Source: Fistulifera solaris
Taxonomy: Eukaryota
Direction of reading: 5' to 3'
NCBI GenBank assembly: GCA_030295235.1
Contig: AP026157.1
Coordinates: 310,001-374,000 of the forward strand
Length of the DNA stretch: 64,000 bases
The notes under the pieces are model-generated. The model had not been told where the DNA came from, did no database searches, and saw only the letters and a list, made by a program, of their open reading frames with translations. Made by a program: the position numbers and the translations under genes. Shown here piece by piece: positions 49,381 through 61,723 of this stretch. The stretch's first letter is position 1. Every line of letters begins with the position of its first letter.

Positions 49381-50803
49381 TCAAATAAGTCGAACCATGT
49401 CATGGTCACGCGTCCCACCTAGACGGCGACCAGCACCCAAATGATCCCAGGACGATGGCAACGATTCTTGCACGCTGTTTTTTTCTGCAACATCGATAGC
49501 CTTAAGAATCTCTCGTGTGGGTTTCAGCACGGTCCAGTTCAAGGCATAGTAAAAAATTCCTGATGATGTCTCTTGATACAGACGATGCGAGTGGATCATC
49601 GACACAAGAGTGATCATCGAGACGACGGTCCGAAATACCAAAGTCAAGATGGAGGGTATCATAAAACCCCAAACCGGTTGAAGCATGACCATCCAAGCGC
49701 CTGCGGTCATTACATCCGTCACAAGTATGAATAAAGCGACCACAGCATATCCGCGGGCCATGGTCGTATCGTCAGATCGAGTAGAAAACCACCAAACCAC
49801 CAAAATCAGATATTCGAGTGACAATTTCGATAGACAGCCACCCAGTGCGAAAACAGAACATATCCATGCGAAACAATGGGCGATCGCGATCAATATGAAA
49901 TTAGACGAATTAGATCCACGTCGTCGCGAAAGGTATCGTGTCCGATCTTGTTGCAGACACCATACAAAGTGCGCGAAAGGTATCGAAATTGCCGGCCACC
50001 ACAACGCGTCTGGCAAAAGTCTCCATTGATACACGAACCCTACCACAATCCCGGCCAAGTGACCCGTCCACGACGCTCGAGGTAACAACAACTGCATCAT
50101 TACCAACTGAATCAAAGGCCCCGGATGAATGGAAAATCCACCCCCAATGAAACCGCCGAAAAACATAAATCGGGCAAAAGAATACCGGGCAAACCGTCCC
50201 CTGTTCCATAGACAATACCACTAACCATGCGAATAGCACTCCCGAGTACCCCACCGTCGGAATGGAGGGTTGATGGTTGGAGGTTGAGCGCAACAACAAC
50301 CATTGCAACATCCACCACAGGATTCCGCTAAACAACATCATGGTGAGATTGGAGGCGAAAAATGCCATACTTCCCACCTTTTTGTGTTCCAAGGCCGTCC
50401 CCAAAGACGATAACGTCATCATATTCATCCCGAAATGCCACACATCAAAATGTGCCGTCGCCCCCGTGAACCAGCGCCACGGTTCATCGACTTGATGGTA
50501 GATTAATCCGACCGCCGATGGCGCTAGACGAGCATTCCAGTAGGTGACAGCCAGTATTGTTTGGAATAGCAATAAGAAGCTGGTCGCCGGGGAGTTTTGG
50601 AGATAGGAGGGCAAGGAAACCTGCGGTGGATTGACACGAGAGACGCGCATCGATGCTCCGCTCGTAGCATGAATGTAGGTTCCGGAGAAACTGCCCGAAG
50701 AACAGTATTCGCGTGTTTCGTATTCACAACAAACACTTTCATTCGGTTTTGATCGGCGTAAAGTCATTGGTTGTTGAGTTCTTCTCGCCGATGACTGATT
50801 CAT
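49381..50803 (-). CDS. Rhomboid-family intramembrane serine protease with extra C-terminal TM segments
   Basis: PWRWFT..TAHFDVWHFGMNM, catalytic VGYSGVLF, SWTGHLAGIVVG. Frameshift near 50178. Confidence 0.9.
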
Positions 50804-51232
50804 GTAGTAGTGATCGAGAGACAGAAGATCGATCGGAGGCGCCGCCACAGGAAACAAAGTTAACGCATCTTGCGACACTTGGACGCTGTTTTGAAACCAT
50901 TCAGCCGTATCACCCTGCGTCACAACCCAAAAGGAGGAAAGAGACGCGACGGAAGCAGCGAAATGCAGATAAGATATGAGGAAGGGAAGGCCGTAGGTCG
51001 CAAAAGGAGAAGACAGGAATGAAAAAGAAACGACCTTGCTGAAGCACTTATCATCAACGCCATTCTATCCATTCATTGCAACTAGTCAAGCCATGATCAC
51101 TTATTTATGTAATAAAGTGCAGTTGTTCGAATACAAGTACCAGGTAATGGTAATACTCCAGTATTATTATCATCATGTTTCGTCTCCACGGTCGCGGCGC
51201 GTCGCGACGTAATATACGACGCATGACCTTAG

Positions 51233-51292
51233 GACTGAAATGCAGTCATGCTGAAAGCTGATAGGCCGTCTACACTCATTGGGACTATAGTG
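51233..51292 (-). promoter_or_regulatory. Bipartite motif copy upstream of the rhomboid gene (looser spacing)
   Basis: GACTGAAATGCAGTC, 24 nt, ACACT, 10 nt, ATAGTG. Confidence 0.45.
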
Positions 51293-52642
51293 AACATCAT
51301 TGTTTTCTTTTTTTATTCCTTGTTTTAGCAGGATTCGGAAGTAATTTATAAGTCCTTAGTCGGAAGATCACTTAAAACGCGTGATACACAACCAATTGCC
51401 AATGTAGGTATATAAATATGATTAGCAGAGCAAAACAACTCTCTTGCTTTGCAGCAATCTTTGACAGACGTTAAGGGTTGCTGGGACCCGATCATCATCA
51501 CTATAGAGCCCAAAAAATGGTAAAAAAATGAATGACGGAAAACGGAGTTCAAGCCCTACCAGATGGTTTGACGAAGCAAGTACTTTCCTGGCTTCGAAAT
51601 AGATGGTATTGACGGATTAAATGCGGATAGTATAGAATCCCTTTACCTGCGACTATACCTGATTGCTGCGCTTGCAGGGCAGCAGTTTAGTCGAGTCGCG
51701 CAGGTGAGCGTGTCTGGCCGTCACCAGCGCCAAAACATTATTATACGCATAAAAGATACAGTAAATGTCAACGACCATGATGAAACATTACAGTATTTTT
51801 CAACCGCAAAGTAAGCCAATAAGCAAGATGCACCCGCTTGATAGGTCTCGCCTATAATACTCAAGGGTTATAAGCGACCGCCGATAACACTTGAAACAGA
51901 GGAAGAAGGAATCCAAGTCGTGATACGAAAAAGGAACGTAGACGCGGGGCTTTCGCTGCCATTCGTTGACGTTTTCCTGACCAATGAATGCAATCAATAT
52001 ACTTTTAGAGTAAGGGTCGAGACAACTGTCGCCTCGTGTTGACTTACTGCAGGAGCAGAATTGCAGCGCGGAAGGTGTACGTATCGCCAACTTCGAGACG
52101 AGCAAATTAGGCAGAATCTGCTCATTTCCCTCTCCTTCCATCAAAGACGAAAAGGAGGCCTCATGGCCGCTCTTCTGTACGTGAAAATGAATTGCGGGTC
52201 AAAAAGTTGTCAATCGTTTCAAGGAATAAAGAGAAGCGATCTGGAATGTACATAGAGAACGTAGTGCGAAGAGGCATAAGGGTGAGAACGAATGATTGGC
52301 ATAAGACTGTTCCATCCCCGAATGGACCCAAAGATCAGCCACAGAAATCACAATATGTGACTACGAGGGAATTGATGTTCACCGCGTTTGGTTTATGTTG
52401 CAAGGGACGCATAAGATCCGATCCACGAGACGGTCATACGTGAACTATTTCATGTTCACTGACGCGACCTAATTTTCCATGTGACCGATCAGTGAAAACG
52501 AACGACGAAATGAAGCCTTACAAAAGACACAAAACGACACCTGGACTTTGAGGTACGTGACTATTCGAAATTATGATATGAAAGATAATGCAGAACAACA
52601 TGCTTATTAAGTATTCGCTTGTTCGACGCAGATTGTCAAAAC

Positions 52643-53254
52643 ATGAAGTTTTCTTGCTCTATCATCGCCTTAGTCACTTTTTTGACAAACCTCTTCACCA
52701 TTACCATGGCCAATGAAGTCACGGTTGCCTCGGAAAAACAGATTTTGGTTGCCCACGATAAAAATCGTTCGTTGCGCGGCCTTCGGGGAGAATTATCTTA
52801 CCAGGGTCGAATCTGCAGTTCCGAGAGCGAAGGTGTCTTTCGTTGCAACACAGCGAACACGCAATGTCAGCCCGATCAATGGGATTACTGGCTTCTTCAT
52901 TTGGAAGGCAATACTACGTACACCATCGAAGTTGACCGCATCAGCTGTAATTTAGATCCTGCCTTGTTTGTGTCGGAGGGGTTTGGAACCAGACTCCCAA
53001 CTGCGTGCTATTTCAATGCTTTCAGCCCCGAACTTGGATTGATTGGGTTCGCCAATGACAACGATCCAAAGCCAGCATTTTGCTTGGGACTTGTCCCGTC
53101 ACCATTCGATGATCCAAAGTTCGTGGTGGTTCCCCATGCCAGTGGGCCCTTCACTCTGGGAGTTGTCAACTATGCATCGGACCCTTTGTCGTGCAGAGTA
53201 GCTACCGGCTTTCGGTACAAAATAAAGATCAGTCCTCGTCCCTCTTGTGCCTAG
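52643..53254 (+). CDS. Family B small secreted protein (PPC-like beta-sandwich, RXL propeptide)
   Basis: Signal peptide MKFSCSIIALV..., RSLRGLR, WDYWLLHL...TTYTIEVDRISCNLDPAL, ANDND, FDDP, GPFTLGV, 8 Cys in the mature part. Confidence 0.85.
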   Translation: MKFSCSIIALVTFLTNLFTITMANEVTVASEKQILVAHDKNRSLRGLRGELSYQGRICSSESEGVFRCNTANTQCQPDQWDYWLLHLEGNTTYTIEVDRISCNLDPALFVSEGFGTRLPTACYFNAFSPELGLIGFANDNDPKPAFCLGLVPSPFDDPKFVVVPHASGPFTLGVVNYASDPLSCRVATGFRYKIKISPRPSCA

Positions 53255-54056
53255 TCTTCACATTTGAAGGGACCGAAAGGTTATTTCATACGCCATTAGC
53301 TGCAAAGAACGAAAATAGATGGATCTTTAAAGTTGTTTCAATCGCATTGCTTTGTGAGCAAGTCAAAATCCAAAATTTTGATTTCATCCATCATCCAGAA
53401 GGAAGTTCATTTTTCCACCTGGGCGTATGGACCCGTTGAAACCAATTAAGGTCAAAATACATAGAGTCTCATTAAATCGAAAGCTATTAGAGATGCATAA
53501 GCTGTTGACAATAAATACATAATGAGATTTATTGGTGCTGTTTGTTCACAGCGACGCCTCGAAAGCTTGCATGCTGTCGACACAAAATGAGCGGACAGCA
53601 GTTCACGAAGGCAAATCTTAACCGACAGCGACGAAGCTTTTTGAGGCAACGACGAAGATGTGCGACACCCGAAACAGCTTGACCGCGCAAAACGCGTGCA
53701 AGCTTCTTCACAGTGGAGCAGAAAAAAATGTAAAAGACTAGCATAAGATTCGGTTCATGTATACAAACGATTGCATCCGATTCCGTGCCAAAAGATCCCG
53801 AAAAGATCGCTGTCGAGGCCTAAATTGTTAACAAAGTGGCGGCTAAGGAGCCATTCAACGAGCGTCAAGATTTCGATTTTCCGTTTTATTTGCTTGGTTA
53901 TCCGCTCACAAATCATCTACTCAATTGTTTCGGTACGCGGCCAATGGTGATGATGTCAAACCACGTCCAAATTGTTATCTCAACACGCATTTTTCTTTCT
54001 TTTAAGTTGAATCGGTAGATCCTATAATCGTTTCTATCGTCATCAACGAACCTACA

Positions 54057-54697
54057 ATGAAGATTTTTGGAACCCTTTTCTTTCTTATCTTGGCCGTATT
54101 TTGGAAGGAGACTCTTGCTACGGAGGTCAAGGTCGCCCCGGAACTCATGTCGTTCGAGGAGAAGCAAGCGATGGTCAAAGACAACAGCGGTTATCGTTCC
54201 TTGCGCGTCCTTCAGGAAGCCTTGACCTACAAAGGCCAAATTTGCCGCGCGGAGACTACAGGCGTCATGACGTGCAATACGGCATTGACCGTTTGTCAGC
54301 CCAACCAGTTCGACTACTGGCTCTTGAACTTAAGATCCGGTGTTACGTACACCATCGAAGTGAATCGTGTCAGCTGCAATCTAGATCCGGCCTTGTCGTT
54401 GTTTGAAGGAGTCGGAACTGTCCTTCCAGAGGGGGATGCTTTGGTGATATTGGGAGTCCCGAACTCACGCTGATTGCTACGGCGGATGACACTGAAGTCG
54501 TACCGGCCAACTGCGATCCGCAATCGTTGCCGTTCCTTGACCCCACCATCGTTGTCACGCCGAGCAACACCGGGCCGTTTACGTTGGCGGTAATCAACTT
54601 TGGTTCCGATAGTGGTTCGTGCCGGGCCTCCGCGGGATATCAATACAAGATAACGATCAATCCCCGTCCTTCCTGCGTCACACAATCCTTGCCGTGA
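54057..54697 (+). CDS. Family B small secreted protein
   Basis: MKIFGTLFFLILAV...RSLRVLQEALTYKGQIC. A frameshift in the G-run near 54433 continues GCFGDIGSPELTLIATADD...GPFTLAVINF...INPRPSCVTQSLP stop. Confidence 0.85.
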
Positions 54698-56027
54698 GTT
54701 AAAGGACTTATTCGTTCGTTCGACACGAGAGGTTTGATTTCCAAATATGAAAGCACCTTGTCTCATCTGCATTAACCTTTCTATAACCTTGATGATTACA
54801 TAATTCCCTGCAAGGCTTACATTCGACCGAGTATTCGTCAAAATTGCAGCTTTATTGTTGAGTAATTCTTCTTCCTTTTCTCGGTTCTTTCGACTAGGAA
54901 AGTCAATTATCTTGGAACACAACAAAAACCATCAGTGGTCTGGCTGACTTAAAATCGGTATCGATTTCAGAAGTTGCAAAATGAATGCGATGACGAACTT
55001 ACGGCGTCGTTGTTTGCCGGGACTTTCGCTCCGCCAAGAATCGTCACCAAATACTTTGGTAAAAAAGGCAACCTGGAACTCGCGTTGATTGCTCAGGGAA
55101 AATGAAGTCGTTTCCGACTGTTAAGAACCCAACTTGTCACTAATTTTTCGCTCCCACCATCGTCGTCACTCTCTCAGCATCACAAGGCCTTTTACGTTGC
55201 CCGTTTTACACTTTTGCTTCCAACACGCCGTGCCTCCTGCTCGGCAACCGCAGGCTATCCAAACAAAGTGAGAACTCGTCCCTCGTGTGTTGACACGATT
55301 CTTGCCGTAAGTTACTTGCCTCCGCGGCATAGGAGTAAGTAAAAACCGATATCCGCGGAATAAGGTTTACGTCTAAAATAATAATGAAGGGGCACACCTT
55401 GCATCGACTGGGAGACACGGGAACGCACCTCTGCTTGGTACAATTTTCGACGCAAGCCTACGTGAGTGTACACTTTTTCCCGAACCTTCCTGTCAACGCA
55501 TCTTCCAAAACCGCCTCAGTTAAACACTGCGTCGCCGCACTTTCAACCAATAGTATCATTTAACTAGAGACTTTGGTTGAGTATTTCATTCATCGATTTT
55601 CTTGGTGCGTTGGAATGCACCCCGCTGACACGAGAAGCGGCGAACGGAAAAGCTTTTCTCCATCATCGCACGCCAAAATGTAACAGGCGTTTCTCCAAGG
55701 CAATCTCCAACCGAGATTCGATTTGATCCTGGCAGCTGCTCTTATGATTCGATCACTTTCCATAAACAATAAGAACATAATATGCTCGTATCAATGGTTG
55801 CTTTTCATTCGAATGCGGTGCGCGATGTGGTGATGAATACGAAGTCTCTAACGGGACTGATGTCGGCCTTAAGTCGGGTAAATGGCATCATCATTTTGTT
55901 GTGAAGACGATATAAGCATTTTTGCTGCATTCCCAAGTAGAATAACACATAATACTAAAATATCGAATGCATTTACTTGTTTCTTCTATTTTCCTCATTC
56001 CAGTTGTTTAAAATTAAAATGCAACAA

Positions 56028-56870
56028 TCAAATACGCGGCTCCTCTTTAGCGCACTTCACCCCGGCGTTGTCTGGACCTGGATCCGATCCGTTCGCCAGG
56101 ACACAAATCGGAAAGGCCGTGGAGCACTGAATTATTCATACCGGCAACAATATTTTGACTCGGTGAGATGATAGAACATTTCAAAGACTCAATGATAATA
56201 CAACGCGACAACTTACTCCTCGATCAGTACCGCTACCGGTACGTTTCGTATCCACGCATTTCGCGACACACTTTGTACCAACGGCTTTGTGGGCCGGATC
56301 TTTACCGGTCGCATCCACACACATGGGCGCAAAGGGAGGACATCCTTCATCCATGTTACCGGGATGTACCGCATTCGCGATGGAATTGGTACAGACAGCA
56401 CACGCAAATCCTTCCGTGTTGCCAGCCAAAGTGGTATTGCCGTTCTTGCCCACGCAAATGCGAAATTCGTTAGTGCAACCTTCGTCGGGAGTGACTTGAC
56501 CGGGGCTGGCACCGAATCGAGAGTTAATGCAAGTGGCGCAGTGATCGCCGAAGCCACTGTTGCTGACCACACCACCGCGGGGGTGCACGCAAATGGGTTG
56601 CGCCGGTGTGCATTCTTTATCAACCACATTCTTACCCAGATCTTGACAACGCGGACCGGATTCAACGACTCCGGGACAAGGAAACGTCCCAGCGGGACAC
56701 TTTCCTTGGCTGTTCAAGTTGAAGCAGGTGGCACCTGGACTGGCTTGGCATTGCGTGCCGGGGCTACCGGATCGGCAACGGGGGCATGCCCCCTGCAACT
56801 CGCGCTGAGCAAGCCTGGCGTAAGCCGACGTTGCGAACAAGAGAATCGCTCCGAATGATACGACGCGCAT
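56028..56870 (-). CDS. Family C secreted Cys-rich repeat protein; intron 56127-56216
   Basis: Signal peptide, QRELQ, four D.(G/E)C....(P).CV repeats. The GTAAGT...CAG intron joins DRG|CSTAFPICVLANGSDPGPDNAGVKCAKEEPRI stop. Confidence 0.85.
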
Positions 56871-57224
56871 GATCTATGTTGTGTGAGTTGAAATTGTGGT
56901 GGTTGCGAACTAACATTTGAACACCATGCTCTTACCTTAATTGTTTTGAGTGTATCGGCTTTTCAAAGGGCAGTCAATAGATTTTGTGATAGATTTGAGT
57001 TTGTTTCGCGAAATCTTTGCTGATTGGATGTTGTCACGTGCCGGACGTAGGATATAAAACGTTCCACTTTTAACTTTATTGTTTTAGGGTGAATTGCGAA
57101 CTCGGCTAAGCGCTTTCTGCTCAGAACGTTAATTAAAAAAGTATTCGAGGCATCAAGCAACGCAATAATGCATTACTGGATACTGGAAAGTGGAAAGTGG
57201 CTTGAATTTCCTGTTTCCTGCACG

Positions 57225-57336
57225 CATCGTGCATCGTGCATCTTTGATCGTTGATTGTTGATTGCTGCTTGTTGATTTGGTACGTTGTAGTTGGTAGTGG
57301 TAGAGTGGTAGGTAGTAGGTACAGTAAGAGGTAAGC
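57225..57336. repeat. Drifting 7-nt periodic low-complexity array
   Basis: gcatcgt gcatcgt gcatctt tgatcgt tgattgt tgattgc ... gtaggta gtaggta cagtaag aggtaag. Confidence 0.55.
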
Positions 57337-58531
57337 ATTAGTTTTTATAAGAGTCTCTCTAGTAGAGACGCAAGACATCTAAGATCTAAAAACTAAAAAC
57401 GGCAGTCCCGAGAATCTACAATATTTGAAATTTAAATCTACAATTGAAAACCGCTTGAAAATGAAAGCTTTTTCCTGGACTCTCTACATCGAAGTAGAAA
57501 TCAGTTTCTGTTCTTTCCTCGACAAAGTTCTTGGATGCTTCTGGATCCAATAAGACAGAAACAGCTGATTAAAAGAAAAGTTGCAAGATTTATGCTTCTT
57601 CTCCAGTCGAATTCAGTACAAAGCATTCACTTATTGCTTGTGCGTTCTAATTCTGAACAATGTTTATGTTGTAACTACATAATAATCCTTACTCATACTG
57701 TGACTGGAACCTGGAGCGGAACAAAAAAGAACACGTAGCAATTTATGTACACGTCTGACAACTTTGCTGTGTTTAATCGCGCATTCACGAATCCTCATCA
57801 TTCACCATAAACAACTGTGCTACGGAGTATGGGCTGCTCCAAAAAACAAAAACGCAATCAATAGGGTCTAATCAATAGTCACTTTTTTTTATAAAAAAAC
57901 AAGAAATGAAAAATGACGTTTTCCATTTTTTAAGCCATCGCAAAGTGTGTTCTTCGCGATTGCGCATGCGGGTGGAGGGTGGCGAAGCTGGATGGAAGAA
58001 GAAGATTGGAGTAGAGACTCTAGAGAGTCTAAACCACTCCGGAAGGAATTAAATTTACAATTTTTAGTGACGAGACGTCAGGAAATGATTTGTGTTAGGT
58101 TCGCTCATTCTTATCATTGGTTCATTTTACAATTACAATAGGAATACCAGAGATTAGCTAGTTCTTTCTTCACATTTCCATCATGTCCCAAAGGCACGCC
58201 TAAGTATTTTGGTTCCGTGCAATTAGTTTGAATTTACTTGTGTAATTGAGTTCAAACACTTTGCACATCATTTTGTTCGAAGCTAACGACGACGCTCACA
58301 CTAGCCTTACCCAGATTAACTGACGAGACGTGCCTGCTGTCCGCTGCTTTTTCCCTTGACTACCATTCGGTCACGCGTCATGCGTCATGTTCTGTGGCAT
58401 GCAAAGGGGCGTCATTGTTTTGCGAGCGCACATTATTATTTTGTACTCAAAGGTGCTGCTAAAAGCAATGTTTACCATGAGAAGCTTACTTGTTTATTAT
58501 TTTCTCTTCAATTAGCTACATCTGAATCGCT

Positions 58532-59470
58532 TTAGAATTGGGCACCGGTCGAGCCGAAGAGTTCCGCCGGACGACGTGTAATATCAGAAGCATCGGTCAC
58601 TTTCGCAATCCTCAAAACAATAGCCGGCTCCGCAGCATAACGAAGTACTTCTCTGATTCGGCCCGCATTGTAACTGCACTCAAAACATTACCGCAATTGC
58701 TATCACGCCAGCATTACGGATAGCCTTCCATACCACAAACGCAATCAGCGACACGGGCATACTGCGTGCAGTCATAAGCGTGCGCACTGCCAGTCCGATG
58801 CTTCGAGTCACTTTCCACGAAAGTCAGATCCATTGTCGACGTGCTAATCGCCGACGAAGGGGTCACAGATGTTGTCTGTGCAGGTATTGTTTTCATAACA
58901 GAGCAACAAAATGCATAGGGCGCCCCGCACCGGATCCGTCTTCGAAAGTGCAAATAGGGTATTTTCGGAGGCACTTTTATTTACTCAAAGCAACAGATAA
59001 TCCGTTGTTAGTCACGTGGTATCTCATGAGAAAAATTCATTGCGACAAGGCTCAATAAGCAAAGCAACCTACGACTTTATCGGAGCCTAAACGACTCCCG
59101 TATCGACACAATCTGCCACACACTTTGTTGCGAATTTGCGGATCTCTGACCCGCATCAGTGGGTGTCGTGGATGGAGAGCCGTCATCAATGTCGTTGGGA
59201 TCAGTAGCAGGCGATATTGAGTTGACGAGGACTTTTGAACCCAACGAGCGAGCGAGCGCATACGCATTAGACGGAATTCTATCACATGTTTCATAAGGGG
59301 CCATTTTTGAGTTGGTTCTCAGAAACGCAAGCTAATGCACAAGTCGAAATTGATGTCCAGCATTGACTCCGTCTACCTCACCTTCAGTGGTGTATACCAC
59401 GTGGGAGACGCATTGGTGCAGCCTCAATCAATGACTTCTTTACCGAGATCGCACCATGGTGGACCGGCTC
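58532..59470 (-). pseudogene. Degenerate family C copy
   Basis: Nucleotide similarity to 59634-60670: NSISPATDPNDIDDG, GPPWCDLGKEVID and terminal PAELFGSTGAQF stop. Lost cysteines, stops and no 5' end. Confidence 0.8.
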
Positions 59471-59633
59471 CAATTCTCCATTCCGTACCGTCGAGAAGCC
59501 AGGAAAAATCTCAAATATGATTTCGCCACACAAGACACATTTGCTGCTAACAGGAAACATTGCTAGGTATTGAAAAGGATTCTTATTTGCTTATCTGTCT
59601 TCGAAATGCAACAATCAACTGCGTACCGCTCAG

Positions 59634-60883
59634 TTAGAAATGAGCACCGGTCGGGCCGAAGAGTTCCGCCGGAGTGAGACGACGACGAGATTCATTAGAG
59701 CCTTCGGACAAAGCACAATCCTCAAAACAGTGGCCGTCTCCGCAGCACGACGAAGCGCATCGTTGCGTAGGACCACAATCCGCGTTCGAGCTGCAAGAAG
59801 CAACATTCACGCAATTATTGTCGCGCCAGCAAAGGGAGATCCTTCAACATCAACGTCGCAAATGCAGTCGTACACACCGACACGAGGATACTGCGTGCAG
59901 ATCGGAGTCGGAAGCGTACACTGCCAGTCCGAGGCAACGACTCCTCCTCCACAGGAACAAGACCCGTTGTCAACGTGAGAACAGCCGACCAAAGGATCGC
60001 AAATGTCGTCGGTGCATGGATCGTTATCATCACAAAGCAAGGGAGAACAAACGGCGCACTGCACTCCGGCGTTGCCTTGACCTGGATCCGCTCCGTCGGC
60101 AGTGGTACAAATCGGATAGCCACGGGGACACTGTATTCATGAAATGCAACAATCAATCAGTTTCGAAGATACATCCGTTAGTAAATGAAGCAAAAGGCAC
60201 ACGGCAAAAACTTTCGACAATAGCAATCCGCAACAACTCACTCCTCTATCGGCACCTAAACGACTCGTATCGACGCAATTCGCCACACATTTCGTGCCAA
60301 AAGTGCGCAGGGCCGGACTCTGGCCAGAGTCATTGACACAGATCGGTGCGGTGGGAGGACATCCATCATCAATGTCGTTGGGATCTGTAGCAGCCGAGAT
60401 TGAGTTGACACAAAGGGCGCACGCGGTTCCTTCGACGTTGGCAGCCAGCGGGCGGCTTCCAACACAGACACGGAATTCTTCATCGCATCCTTCATCCGGA
60501 GCGACTTGACCGGCATTGCTTGGGAAACGCGAGTTGATGCACAAGGCGCAATGATGACCGCCAAGTCCGCCGACTACCTGACCACCATTGGCGTACACAC
60601 ACGTAGGGAACGCTTCGGTACAACCTTGATCGATCACTTCTTTACCGAGATCGCGACACGGCGGACCCGTTTCGACGACTCCAGGACAAGGACTAGTCCC
60701 AGCCGGGCACTGACCGCTTGCGTTGAGGTTGTAGCAGACACCGCCAGCTTGGGCTTGGCACTGCGTGCCGGGGCTACCAGGATAGCAACTATCGCATGCC
60801 TGCAAGTCGCGCTGCTGAGGAATCTCGGCATACGCAGTTGCCGTGATTGCGAGTAGAGTTCCAACAAATGAGAGACGCACCAT
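59634..60883 (-). CDS. Family C secreted Cys-rich protein, long form; intron 60131-60241
   Basis: MVRLSFVGTLL..QRDLQ, with the same repeats and intron position as 56028-56870. Exon 2 adds CDDNDPCTDDICDPLVGCSH and, after a frameshift near 59832, CWRDNNC...CSSNADC...SCCGDGHCFEDC...RRRLTPAELFGPTGAHF stop. Confidence 0.85.
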
Positions 60884-61650
60884 CTGCAACAACGATGCCT
60901 GTGAGTTTATCCCTCGAGAAAAGCGAGAATAAAACAATTACTAATCGCTTGGGGTCATACCTTTGATGTTCATCAATTGGCCGGCGGTCCAAAAATTGAT
61001 CGAGTGATTTTATGATATTTTTGGATCTTTTTGGTTGTCATGCAAGATCTTTCTTGCATGGAACCTGTAATATTTGGAGTAAATTGGGAATTGCGGACAT
61101 GGTAGGTAACATATCTAGGGGCATAAAAGGTTTGGAGCAGGAATCTCAAGCCTGCACAGGCGTTTGCTCGCCTATTGTCTTTCCACTTTCACATTTCGCG
61201 GAGAAAGTGAATTGCTCGGGCAAATGAATGATGTATGATTGTATGATGTATTGTTTTTGACTTCTTGTCTCTTGACATCAATATTCTTCGACCCAGATAA
61301 TTAAGACGTAATTATCAGTTATCACTTATCACATTTCACCATAAATGCCGACTGCAAGCTTCTGTTACTCCTCGTTCCCCGTAGCTCCTCGTGAGTCGTA
61401 TTTTTTTCTAGAGTGTCTTATGTCGTGTATCGTGTCTCATGATTCATGATTCACATGACTCTAGCGTGACAAGTGACAAATCGGAATGCAGATTGCAGAT
61501 TGTAGGATAATGAATTTTCAATGGAAGTTTGAAAACGGAACACAGAACACTACATGATTGCAGAATATTTATTAGAGCTCGGATCTTGATATTAGCGTAG
61601 CGTCCTAGAGCGTTGCCCAATCCCAAATCCCAATCACGGGTCAGGAGGAG

Positions 61651-61723
61651 TCAATAATCAATAATCAATAGCCAATAGCCAATAGCCAACCGCCAACAGC
61701 TAACAGCTAACAAACGACAAACG
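61651..61723. repeat. Drifting heptamer tandem array
   Basis: tcaataa tcaataa tcaatag ccaatag ccaatag ccaaccg ccaacag ctaacag ctaacaa acgacaa acg. Confidence 0.8.
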
